Source: Anaerohalosphaeraceae bacterium
Lineage (GTDB): Bacteria; Planctomycetota; Phycisphaerae; Sedimentisphaerales; Anaerohalosphaeraceae
Direction: 5' to 3'
Length of the DNA: 64,000 nt
NCBI GenBank assembly: GCA_963675525.2
Contig: CAXXSL010000008.1
Coordinates: 1 to 64,000 of the forward strand
Shown here piece after piece: positions 28,363 through 37,581 of the stretch. The notes under the pieces were generated by a model, which saw nothing but the letters and a program-made list of their open reading frames with translations, had not been told where the DNA came from and did not search any database. The first letter of the stretch is position 1; each line of letters starts with the position of its first letter. Position numbers and translations under genes: made by a program.

Positions 28363-29836
28363 GAATAATAAGAAATTAAAAAGCTCGGACCGGCAATTTT
28401 TCAATCTGGTTGCGGATGCGACGTTTACCAATCCCTTCAGCCGCCAACGTCAGCAGTTAGACCAGCAGGTTGCGGGCGTTCTGAAAACCGAAGACGACTG
28501 GCGAAAGATCGTACCGCTGGCGGTCAGAGCTGTCAGAGAACGTTTAGATCAACTGGATACGGGAGGCCGGTGTCGAATTCAGGATTTCGACAAAAAAGAC
28601 GCCAACCTCATGCGGTACACCTTCCTTTTTGAGGTTTATCATAACCACGCGTTTACCTTCGATGATTTCATCTTAGAACAGCAGCAGGATGATAGCCCCA
28701 TCAAAGTCCCGTTTGGTGACACAGCCGTCAGGGAACTTGTCGGCCGTGGATTTTCACACGAGCAGGCTATTCAGTATTTCTCCATGTTCTACCAGATTCG
28801 CCGGGCGTTTTATTTCATCCATCAGGGGCTCGTCGGAAAAAGTCAATCCATGCGAAAACTGCGTATGGATTTGTGGAATAACATCTTCACGCATGATATC
28901 CGCGATTACGAACAGTATATGTGGGATAAGATGGAGGATTTCTCGACTTTGCTGGAAGGGCCGACCGGCAGCGGCAAAGGCGCCGCCGCAGCCGCCATCG
29001 GACGCAGCGGTTTCATCCCTTACGACCCTGTCAAGAAGGAATTTACCGCGAGCTTTACCACTATGTTTTTACCGATTAATCTGTCGCAATACGCCGAAGC
29101 CCTGCTGGAATCCGAATTGTTCGGCCATACCAAAGGAGCCTTTACCGGCGCAGTCGCCGAACACAAAGGCATCCTCTCTTTGTGCGAAAAACACGGTGCG
29201 ATCTTTCTCGATGAGATTGGCGAAGTAAGCATTCCTGCCCAGGTCAAACTATTGAAAGTGCTCGAAGAACGCACGTTCAGTCCCGTTGGCTCTCATGAGG
29301 CCAAACGTTTTTACGGCCGGGTCATCGCCGCGACCAACCACCCCATCGAAGCCCTTCGCCGTGAGAATAAATTTCGAGACGATTTTTACTACCGCCTCTG
29401 CTCAGATTGCATTCATGTCCCGCCGCTGGCTCAGCGTATCCAGGAAAATAAAAATGAATTAGCCGAATTGGTCCGGCACTTCACACAGACCATCACCGGA
29501 AATGAAAATCGTGATCTGTCCAATCGGGTCATGGACGTGATTGAAACCAAACTCGGACACCATTACCCCTGGCCTGGCAATGTACGCGAACTGGCTCAGT
29601 GTATCCGGCGAGTCATCCTCAAGCGCGATTACGAAGGCCAGACCCTCCCAAATGCCTCCTTCAAAGAACAACTGCTCGCTAGTGTTGATACCGGTACCCT
29701 GACCGCTGAAGAACTGCTGAACCACTACTGCCAAATGCTCTACAAACAGCACAGCACTTACGAAGAAGTCGCCCGCCGCACTGGTCTGGACCGACGAACC
29801 GTCAAAAAACGAATCACATGGCACGCAACTGAATAA
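28361..29836 (+). CDS. sigma54-dependent enhancer-binding protein with unrecognised N-terminal domain
   Basis: GPTGSGKG, ESELFGHTKGAFTGA, FLDEIG, RDDFYYRL, WPGNVREL and C-terminal HTH; no receiver domain evident. Confidence 0.92.
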   Translation: MNNKKLKSSDRQFFNLVADATFTNPFSRQRQQLDQQVAGVLKTEDDWRKIVPLAVRAVRERLDQLDTGGRCRIQDFDKKDANLMRYTFLFEVYHNHAFTFDDFILEQQQDDSPIKVPFGDTAVRELVGRGFSHEQAIQYFSMFYQIRRAFYFIHQGLVGKSQSMRKLRMDLWNNIFTHDIRDYEQYMWDKMEDFSTLLEGPTGSGKGAAAAAIGRSGFIPYDPVKKEFTASFTTMFLPINLSQYAEALLESELFGHTKGAFTGAVAEHKGILSLCEKHGAIFLDEIGEVSIPAQVKLLKVLEERTFSPVGSHEAKRFYGRVIAATNHPIEALRRENKFRDDFYYRLCSDCIHVPPLAQRIQENKNELAELVRHFTQTITGNENRDLSNRVMDVIETKLGHHYPWPGNVRELAQCIRRVILKRDYEGQTLPNASFKEQLLASVDTGTLTAEELLNHYCQMLYKQHSTYEEVARRTGLDRRTVKKRITWHATE

Positions 29837-29867
29837 ACCTGAAATCACACGTAAGGCCCGATAAAAC

Positions 29868-29896
29868 TTGACTTTTCCGAAACTTTCTTGTATATT
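29868..29896 (+). promoter_or_regulatory. sigma70-type promoter
   Basis: TTGACT-N17-TATATT. Confidence 0.6.
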
Positions 29897-30088
29897 GATA
29901 GAAAACCGATTATTTTGATAAGCGTATAAGTGGGGGTATTAATGCAGAGATGCGTGTTTTTCGGCCTTGCTATACTTCTCTTCCGGCATTTCCCCCGACA
30001 ATCATACGCCTTTTTCTTTTAATGCAAATAAAAGCTGTACACGACTCAAGGATAAAACGATATTTATACTAATGTGAGGAATGTTTTA

Positions 30089-32347
30089 ATGCAAAGTACC
30101 CGTACACACGCCTCCATAACCCTAATTCTTCTATTGTTTGTCCTGATTTCACAGGAAAGTAATGGACGTAAGCCGGATGTGGAAGCCGTACGTAAACGGG
30201 TACGTCAGAAGGGATATACGTTTAAGGTAAACCATAATTCAGCCACCGAATATTCCATTGAGCAACTTTGCGGAACCAGGCCTCCCGATGTTCTCCCAAT
30301 GCAATCCAAAGCCATTCCTGCCCCGAAAGCAACGGCCCTGCCCGAAAGATTCGACTGGCGCGAACTCGACGGCTGCTCACCGATTAAAAACCAAGGAAAC
30401 TGCGGAGCCTGCTGGGCTTTCGCAGCAATGGGCGCAGCAGAAAGTCTATACCTCATTCATAGCGGCCAAACACTGGATTTTTCCGAACAGTGGTTAATAA
30501 GTTGTACCGAAGCTGGCGATTGCAATGGCGGATGGTACGGAACGGCATTCGAATACATGATAAGCACATTAGATGCCAAGGATAAAAGCGGGGCACCGCT
30601 CGAAGAAGTGTTTCCCTATCAAACAATGAATGCCCCCTGTGATTTCAACGACTCGCAGCGATATCTTCTCACCAGTTGGTCAATGGCACAGCAGGACATT
30701 GACTCCATAAAACAAGCCATTCTGACTTATGGACCGATGGTCGTCATGGTTTATGCAGAGGATCTTTTCCAGTGTTATGTTGGCGGCGTTTTTAATGCCG
30801 ACATCCAGGGCATATCAAATCATGCCGTCGTATTAGTAGGTTGGGATGATACACAGGGAGCCGAAGGCATTTGGTATCTTCGCAACTCATGGGGACCCAA
30901 CTGGGGAGAAAACGGCTACATGCGCATTGAATATGAACGAAATAATATAGGTGAATCGCCCTGTTTTGCTGAATTAACCCTGGATAATGAACCGAACAGC
31001 TTTAATGTCCCCGATACATTCCCGACGATTCAAGCTGCTCTCGACGCCGCAGACGAGGGTGATACCATTTTTCTCGCCCCGGGCATCTATACCGGTTCGG
31101 GTAATCGGGATATTGATTTTGCCGGAAAAAACGTGACGATCCGTTCAACAAATCCCGCCGATCCGAATTGTGTCAGTGCCACCGTCATTGACTGTCAGGG
31201 AACATCCGCAGACACCCATCGGGCGTTTAAATATGCCAATGGTGAAAATACAACATCCCTTTTATACGGTTTAACAATCCGAAACGGATACCAACTGGAC
31301 AACGGCGGAGCAATTTATTGTTACTATAGTCATCCGACATTCAAAAATTGTGTCTTCGAAAATAACACGGCCACAGGTTACAAGAAAGCTGGCGGTGCCA
31401 TTGCTCTATACAACAGCAGCCCCACCATTTCAAATTGCCGATTTGTAAATAACAGCGCCAGTAGTTATGGCGGTGCCGTCAGTTGTCGCGATTCAAGCAG
31501 TCCGACAATCTCAAATTGCACGATTATCAACAACAACGCCGGCGCTGAAGGAGGGGGTATATATTGCTGGGTCAACTCGCTGGCTTCGGTTGACCATACG
31601 GTCGTCGCCGGAAACCATGCCGATGACGCCGGCGGAGGATTTTTCTTCTATGAATGCGCAAATATGGAATTGCCCGATGTCAATGAGCCCAACGTACCTG
31701 TAATTACATTCTGTACGATCACAGAAAATACGACCAACGGTTTCGGTGGCGGACTGTTCTGCATGGACAGCATTGTCGGGCTGAATAACTCGATCATCTG
31801 GAACAATTCTTCCGGCGAAATCCTGGGCACCCAGATTGCACTGATGGACGATTCCCTGAATGATACCGCACTGCATGTCAGCTACTGCGACGTTACCGGA
31901 CTGGACCAGGGTCATTGGATCGATACAGATTGCACACTCTATTGGGGCGACGGCAATTTCGACACCGACCCGTTATTTGCCGATCTCCCTCAACAGGACT
32001 ACCATCTTAAATCCGCATCCGGACACTGGGATGAACTGATGCACGACTGGCTGCTCGACGACGGCAACAACTATGACCCCGCAGACGACCAAAACAGCCC
32101 CTGCATCGACGCCGGCAACCCGGAACTGTCCACCGGCGACGAATTAAAATGCAACGGAGACCGCATTAATATTGGCGCATACGGCGGCATGGAAACAGCC
32201 TCTCGAAGTCCTGACCAAAAATGCTGTATGTCTTGCCTGCAGGCCGACTTCAACTGTGACTGCATCGTCAATCTTGAAGACTTGGTCGTCATCATGGGTG
32301 AGTGGCTCGAATGCAACCTGCTGCCGCGGCATCATTGTGCCGAATAA
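30089..32347 (+). CDS. Secreted C1A (papain-like) cysteine peptidase with parallel beta-helix and dockerin-like C-terminus
   Basis: FDWR, QGNCGACWAF, NHAVVLVGW and RNSWG; GGAI/NN beta-helix repeats; ADFNCDCIVNLEDL. Confidence 0.9.
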   Translation: MQSTRTHASITLILLLFVLISQESNGRKPDVEAVRKRVRQKGYTFKVNHNSATEYSIEQLCGTRPPDVLPMQSKAIPAPKATALPERFDWRELDGCSPIKNQGNCGACWAFAAMGAAESLYLIHSGQTLDFSEQWLISCTEAGDCNGGWYGTAFEYMISTLDAKDKSGAPLEEVFPYQTMNAPCDFNDSQRYLLTSWSMAQQDIDSIKQAILTYGPMVVMVYAEDLFQCYVGGVFNADIQGISNHAVVLVGWDDTQGAEGIWYLRNSWGPNWGENGYMRIEYERNNIGESPCFAELTLDNEPNSFNVPDTFPTIQAALDAADEGDTIFLAPGIYTGSGNRDIDFAGKNVTIRSTNPADPNCVSATVIDCQGTSADTHRAFKYANGENTTSLLYGLTIRNGYQLDNGGAIYCYYSHPTFKNCVFENNTATGYKKAGGAIALYNSSPTISNCRFVNNSASSYGGAVSCRDSSSPTISNCTIINNNAGAEGGGIYCWVNSLASVDHTVVAGNHADDAGGGFFFYECANMELPDVNEPNVPVITFCTITENTTNGFGGGLFCMDSIVGLNNSIIWNNSSGEILGTQIALMDDSLNDTALHVSYCDVTGLDQGHWIDTDCTLYWGDGNFDTDPLFADLPQQDYHLKSASGHWDELMHDWLLDDGNNYDPADDQNSPCIDAGNPELSTGDELKCNGDRINIGAYGGMETASRSPDQKCCMSCLQADFNCDCIVNLEDLVVIMGEWLECNLLPRHHCAE

Positions 32348-32399
32348 GGCCTTCGCAAACCGATAATTTTCAAAACCGTGCCCGTTTTCTAGTAATTTT

Positions 32400-32425
32400 T
32401 GAAACGGTTTTGAATCTGAACCGTC
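32400..32425 (+). promoter_or_regulatory. ECF sigma-type promoter
   Basis: TGAAAC-N16-CGTC, ending 46 nt before the DUF4097 start. Confidence 0.6.
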
Positions 32426-32471
32426 TTATATATATGTAATTAGAAAAGAAATTAAAAAAAAGGAGAGAAAA

Positions 32472-33368
32472 ATGAAGCTTTTTCGTCTATTTTTAATGAT
32501 TTCAGTAATCATACTCGTCATTTCCCCGGCCGGTTGTGTCATCGACTTGGTCGGAGGCGGGGCCAATGAGAAATATGAACACACCGTGGAACTTGCCGAA
32601 AAATTAGATGCCGGCTCAACTTTATCCGCAAAAACATCAAATGGCTCGATCACTGTCACCGGAACGGAAAACGAAATATGCCATATTGTCGCGACCATTT
32701 CGGCACGCTCCTTTTCGGTCGAAGAAGCTCAGTTGCTCGCGGAACAAACAGAGATCCGTCTTGAGCGTAAGCCGGAAGGCTTGAAGACCGTAATTGTCCG
32801 CCCCGAAATGAAACGAAATGAATCCGTTTCCGTCAGCTTTGAGATCGAGGTGCCCCACCAGACCGCCTTGGACCTGCAAACCAGCAACGGGAAAATTCAA
32901 CTTTCACAAATCGAGCAAGAGATTCACGCAACAACGTCTAACGGTAAAATTGAGATGGCTTCTGTCGCCGGCAATATCGCTGCTCATACATCCAACGGCA
33001 GCATCACAATCCGACAAACCACCGCACAATCGCTGGACTTGCACACCAGCAACGGCTCGATCAAGTGTGAAAACATTTATGGAAACATGGCCGCTTCCAC
33101 ATCTAACGGTTCGGTTAACATCCAATATGCCGCCGACGCGAATTCGGCAACCCATATTCGTATCACGACCTCCAATGGAGGGATTGATCTTGTCACCCCT
33201 GAAAACTATTCGGCTAAAGTCGATGCGGCAACCTCCAACGGTAAAATTCACACGGGAATCCCGATCACAATGCAGGGAGAGATCGGAAAAAGATTAAACG
33301 GAGTGATCAGAGACGGTCAGGGACAATTGTATCTGCGAACTTCGAACAGTTCGATCACGATTCATTAA
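32472..33368 (+). CDS. DUF4097 beta-strand repeat lipoprotein
   Basis: Lipobox SPAGC; repeated TSNG(S/K)I. Confidence 0.88.
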   Translation: MKLFRLFLMISVIILVISPAGCVIDLVGGGANEKYEHTVELAEKLDAGSTLSAKTSNGSITVTGTENEICHIVATISARSFSVEEAQLLAEQTEIRLERKPEGLKTVIVRPEMKRNESVSVSFEIEVPHQTALDLQTSNGKIQLSQIEQEIHATTSNGKIEMASVAGNIAAHTSNGSITIRQTTAQSLDLHTSNGSIKCENIYGNMAASTSNGSVNIQYAADANSATHIRITTSNGGIDLVTPENYSAKVDAATSNGKIHTGIPITMQGEIGKRLNGVIRDGQGQLYLRTSNSSITIH

Positions 33369-34234
33369 CGCCCGGCGAATTTACAGGTGAGGATTTTGTA
33401 GAGCAGTTTGGCGGCCAAAAAGTCGCTGCCCCACATATTCTTACGCGGGCACAGTTCCACAATGTCAAAGCCAACCAGATTCTTGTGCTTGCAAACCGCT
33501 TTCACCAATGCAACCACATCGTACCAGCCCATCCCGCCCGGTTCCGGTGTGCCGGTCGCCGGCATAATCGACGGGTCGAACACATCCAGATCAATGGTCA
33601 GGTAAACATTGTCACTCAACAGTGCAACCGCCCGGTCAATCCAGCCTCGGTCCTGGCTATCGCAGATATCGTGAGCAAAAAATACCCGGCCGATATCCAT
33701 ATTGTCCTTTTCGCAGGTATCCATACTGCGGATGCCAACCTGCACAATCGGAGCAACGTCCTTCGCACGGGCCATCACACAGGCATGATTATACGGCGAA
33801 CCTTCATACTCATTTCGTAAATCGGCATGGGCATCGAGCTGTAGGACCGTCAAATCTTCGTATCGATTCGCCATCGCCTCGATCGCTCCAATGCTGACGG
33901 AATGCTCCCCGCCGAGAATAACCGGAAATTTGTCTTTATCCAGCAGCGCCTCAACACGCTGACGAACTTCTTGAGCCATTTGCTCAGGCTGCTGGAAACC
34001 TTCTGTCGGCGGTTCGGTAAAAATCCCCTGCCGGAAAACCTCCGAATCTGTTTCGCTGTCGTAAAACTCAAGATTGTAAGAAGCCGCCAGAATCGCCTCC
34101 GGCCCCTTGTCCGCCCCCTTGACCCATGTACTCGTCCCGTCATACGGAACCGGCAGAATCGCAATCTTTGCGGTTTGCGGATTGGTGTACTCCGGCTCGA
34201 AATCGCCAAATTGGTTTGTTTTATTTTTAGGCAT
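33365..34234 (-). CDS. speB: Agmatinase
   Basis: GGEHS, DAHAD, DLDVFDP and TGTPEPGG. Confidence 0.92.
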   Translation of the reverse strand: MPKNKTNQFGDFEPEYTNPQTAKIAILPVPYDGTSTWVKGADKGPEAILAASYNLEFYDSETDSEVFRQGIFTEPPTEGFQQPEQMAQEVRQRVEALLDKDKFPVILGGEHSVSIGAIEAMANRYEDLTVLQLDAHADLRNEYEGSPYNHACVMARAKDVAPIVQVGIRSMDTCEKDNMDIGRVFFAHDICDSQDRGWIDRAVALLSDNVYLTIDLDVFDPSIMPATGTPEPGGMGWYDVVALVKAVCKHKNLVGFDIVELCPRKNMWGSDFLAAKLLYKILTCKFAGR

Positions 34235-34253
34235 TAGGCAATAGCCTGTTTTT

Positions 34254-34808
34254 CTAATCGAATAAGAAAACCGCCAGAGCTACCGTTGTCGTCCACAGGT
34301 CTTTTTGCCCGCTGGCCGTCTGGGTGATGTTGGTGGTCTTGACGAACAGACCGCTTTGCTTATACGCCTGCTCCTTTTCCGACCACGCCATCTCCGGATC
34401 CAGATCGATCCCCAGCGTCGTCCCGAGCATCCCGGCTGCAAGGTCTTCAGACATATCCTCGGCTTCACGCTTATTCATACCATGGCTATGAACTTCACTG
34501 AGATACCCCCAGTTTTTTTTGTCTTTGGGAATCGCCACACCCACCGAAGAGGCGATCAGGCGGCCGTGTTCATTGGAATCGCAGCGAGCCAGCACACAAA
34601 AGCAAATGGAGCCTGGCTTGAGTGCCTTGATGCCCTCGTTTCGGCTGATGATCTTGCAATGCGGCGGCAGGATCGACGACACCTGAACCAGGTTCTGCTG
34701 GGCAACACCGGCAACACGCAGCGCATCCTCAAACGATTTCAATTGATATTTATGCCGGCCGACACCCTTGGTCAGAAACATACGCTTGGGAACCAGTTGA
34801 CTCAACAT
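34254..34808 (-). CDS. pdaD: Pyruvoyl-dependent arginine decarboxylase
   Basis: FLTKGVG, SFEDALR and NLVQVSSILPP (Ser-Ser self-cleavage); SD AGGAGA before ATG 34808. Confidence 0.9.
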   Translation of the reverse strand: MLSQLVPKRMFLTKGVGRHKYQLKSFEDALRVAGVAQQNLVQVSSILPPHCKIISRNEGIKALKPGSICFCVLARCDSNEHGRLIASSVGVAIPKDKKNWGYLSEVHSHGMNKREAEDMSEDLAAGMLGTTLGIDLDPEMAWSEKEQAYKQSGLFVKTTNITQTASGQKDLWTTTVALAVFLFD

Positions 34809-34825
34809 GGCACATCTCCTAAAAC

Positions 34826-34909
34826 AGTCATCCACACCACCTTACAGAAAATCGACATCCGCACTCGCCGGATGCCCTCTCACGCCGTTAAAAAGAGCCT
34901 TTGACGACT
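34826..34909 (-). ncRNA. Candidate structured 5' leader (possible riboswitch) of pdaD-speB
   Basis: P1 AGUCGUC/GAUGACU encloses GCUCUUUU/GAGAGGGC and AUCCG/CGGAU; TATAAT at 34931-34936. Confidence 0.4.
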
Positions 34910-35150
34910 CCAGACAAAAAAGAAGTCCGGATTATAGCCATTTTGTCGTCCATAACAAACAAAAAACTTCTCCTGAGTTCAATCAAAGGACGTCCTGATA
35001 CTGACCGGTCCAATTGTCCCGAAAATCAGCCTAAATGCAACCCTAATTATTTATAGAATTCATCCGGCATCTGAGCCATTTTACCGATTGTTACAAGGTG
35101 TTCGGTACACGAATTACCAATGCCAGACACCTGTACCAGCGGTGTGTTTT

Positions 35151-35939
35151 TTAATGGCAGTCAATCAAGACAACGGTGATGTTGTCGTGTCCACCGGCGT
35201 TGTTGGCTTGGTCTATGAGGGTTTTGGCGGCGGCGCTGGGGTCGGGGTTTTGGGATAGGATGTCTCGGATCTGAGTATCGGTGAGCATATCGGTCAAGCC
35301 GTCGCTGCAGAGGAGCAGACGATCATTTTTTTTAAGCCGGAACGATTTGATATGCGGCTCGGCCCGTTCGGGCATTCCCATATAGCGGGTAATGACGCCT
35401 TCGTCTTCGTGATTTTCGACCTGTTCGGGCTCCAGTTTGCCCTGTTCAATCAATTCACCCACGACGGAATGGTCGCGTGACAGTTGGGTCAAACTGCCAG
35501 CGCGACAGCGATACAGGCGGCTGTCGCCGAGATTGGCGATCGTCGCCCTGCGGTCATGAATCAACGCCAGTACAAGGGTCGCCCCCATGTCTTTATAGCC
35601 GGACTCGTTTTCGGCTTCGGCGAGGACCTGTTTGTTGTGCCGGCGAATCGCCCGCTCGATGAGCTTTCGAATCGGGCGCGGATTTTTGGAGCGGAGTTTA
35701 TGAAATCCGGCGTCAATGCTGACGGACAGGTCATTGACAACGAATGCCGATGCGACTTCGCCGCCGCGATGGCCGCCCATGCCGTCGGAGACAATGAACA
35801 GCCCCGTTTCCGGCTCGATGTGGTAGGCGTCCTCATTCGTCTGGCGTACTTTGCCGACGTCGGTACAGACCGCCCATGTAAACGGTAAACTGCCGTAGGC
35901 CTGCGGGTCAAGATGAATCGGGGTTTCGAGGGATTCCAT
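35151..35939 (-). CDS. PP2C-type Ser/Thr phosphatase (Stp1/PrpC)
   Basis: RQTNED, SDGMGG, GDSRLY, CSDGL and GGHDNIT; real start MESLETP, 2 nt after the kinase stop. Confidence 0.92.
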   Translation of the reverse strand: MESLETPIHLDPQAYGSLPFTWAVCTDVGKVRQTNEDAYHIEPETGLFIVSDGMGGHRGGEVASAFVVNDLSVSIDAGFHKLRSKNPRPIRKLIERAIRRHNKQVLAEAENESGYKDMGATLVLALIHDRRATIANLGDSRLYRCRAGSLTQLSRDHSVVGELIEQGKLEPEQVENHEDEGVITRYMGMPERAEPHIKSFRLKKNDRLLLCSDGLTDMLTDTQIRDILSQNPDPSAAAKTLIDQANNAGGHDNITVVLIDCH

Positions 35940-35941
35940 TG

Positions 35942-37276
35942 CTAAACAATCCTTTGTTTGCACCATGGGCACCAATTCCAGTAAGAGGTATCGACAGAGC
36001 CGCCGCAGCCGGTGCAAATCTCGGGGAACGGGCGGATCTGCCATTTTTGGCGTGCCTTTCGGCGACACCATGGACAAAACTGCATAAAATTCATCATTTT
36101 GCCGCCGCAATGGGCACATTGACTCTGGTAGTCGGGTTTGGTTCCGTTGGGCTCCTGCGGGATAAAGCCGGGGCCGTAACACCACGGGCAATAATGCCAT
36201 TCGGGCGAGACGCCCTTGTGGCAGCGATGGCACAGATGGCTGAAGCGCGTACAATCGTCAAAGCGGTTTCGCTCGCTTCCGCACCAGGGACAGCACTGCA
36301 TCGACTCGGCAATCGGCTCGCCGCAGTCGGCGCAGGGATAAAGGTCGGTAAATACCCGAAGATAGCGGCGGGTAAAGCTTTTTTTGCGTAATTGCCGCCA
36401 GTCGGGGATGATTTTCCGCTGGCGTCCGAAGATTTTTTTCTGAAGCCCGGGGGGCGTTGCCGCCTCCATCGCCGTGAGCATCTGTTTGGCATTGGCAAAC
36501 CGCTTTTCCGGGTTCGCATCGAGGGCTTTTTTCATGAAGCGTACAAAATCGGTCCCGGTCCTGTCGCGAAGCCGGTCCAGACCTTTGGGCGGCCAATGAA
36601 ACGGCCAGCGCACCAGCACGCCGGTGAGAAACTCATAGAGCACCAATGCCACCGAAAAGCAGTCGCTGCGATAGGTCGGCTTTCCGAAGGCCTGTTCGGG
36701 GGCGACATAGCCGGGTGTGCCGAAATCGTCAATGGTTTTCATCCGCCCTTTGACCTGCACACCAATGCCAAAATCACCGAGCGCCGCTCTGCCATTCGAA
36801 AACAGAAAAATATTGCCCGGCGTCACATCGCAATGAACCAATCGCTTCCGATGGGCATACGAAAGGCCGTCGAGGACCTGTCGCGTGATAGACAAAATTC
36901 GGCGAACACCCATCGGGCGTGAGCAATCCTCCAGCGTGCCCGCTGAAAGTTCGGTGGCCAGGACCGCGTGATGATCGATAATATCGGCGTTCTTGACCGG
37001 CATGATATGCGGATGCCGCAGTTGGGCCACCAGACGGACTTCCCGGAGAATGGTTTCGTTATCGCGTTTTCCGGCGACATCGGGGCTGGGAATCTTTAGC
37101 GCGACCCAAATCCCCTCAACAGTATCACGGGCCTTCCAGACCTCGCAGAAGCCCCCCTTTCCAAGCCGCTTCTGGAGACGATATTTCCCCAGACGCTTAT
37201 TGGCGGCCAGCCGTAACGGACGATAAACATCTGCCCTAATTACCGAATCCGATTCCTGTAAAACCATATAATCCAT
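35942..37276 (-). CDS. Hanks-type Ser/Thr kinase with four C-terminal zinc ribbons
   Basis: LGKGGFCEV, VALK, HCDVTPGN, DFG and APE; four CxxC...CPWC units; start uncertain (37267-37309). Confidence 0.9.
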   Translation of the reverse strand: MDYMVLQESDSVIRADVYRPLRLAANKRLGKYRLQKRLGKGGFCEVWKARDTVEGIWVALKIPSPDVAGKRDNETILREVRLVAQLRHPHIMPVKNADIIDHHAVLATELSAGTLEDCSRPMGVRRILSITRQVLDGLSYAHRKRLVHCDVTPGNIFLFSNGRAALGDFGIGVQVKGRMKTIDDFGTPGYVAPEQAFGKPTYRSDCFSVALVLYEFLTGVLVRWPFHWPPKGLDRLRDRTGTDFVRFMKKALDANPEKRFANAKQMLTAMEAATPPGLQKKIFGRQRKIIPDWRQLRKKSFTRRYLRVFTDLYPCADCGEPIAESMQCCPWCGSERNRFDDCTRFSHLCHRCHKGVSPEWHYCPWCYGPGFIPQEPNGTKPDYQSQCAHCGGKMMNFMQFCPWCRRKARQKWQIRPFPEICTGCGGSVDTSYWNWCPWCKQRIV

Positions 37277-37581
37277 TCTGCCGGAAGAAGGGGCAATCGT
37301 AAAAGTCAAATCCTTTGAAACGTCAATCTAAAAGGTACTAATCGTGTGATTATCGTACCAGAGCCCAACCCGGTTGCCAACAGAAATTTATGGCGGTCAG
37401 GTTAATTTAAACCAGACCTTTTTATGCCGAATTAAAGAAAAAACAGTCCCTTTTTCAGATAAAGATATTGCTAAAGAAAAATAAAATTCTATAATTCGGC
37501 GATTAATTTTTAATGTATATTTTAATAATGTCGAAAGCATATTCAGCGAACCGACCTTGACAGAAAACGTACTGGAGAACT

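Noticed and set aside
35940..36254. N-terminal extension of the PP2C ORF overlapping the kinase
   Set aside because: It is an alternative frame of the kinase zinc-ribbon region; the ATG at 35939 just after the kinase stop is the better start. No slippery site was identified.
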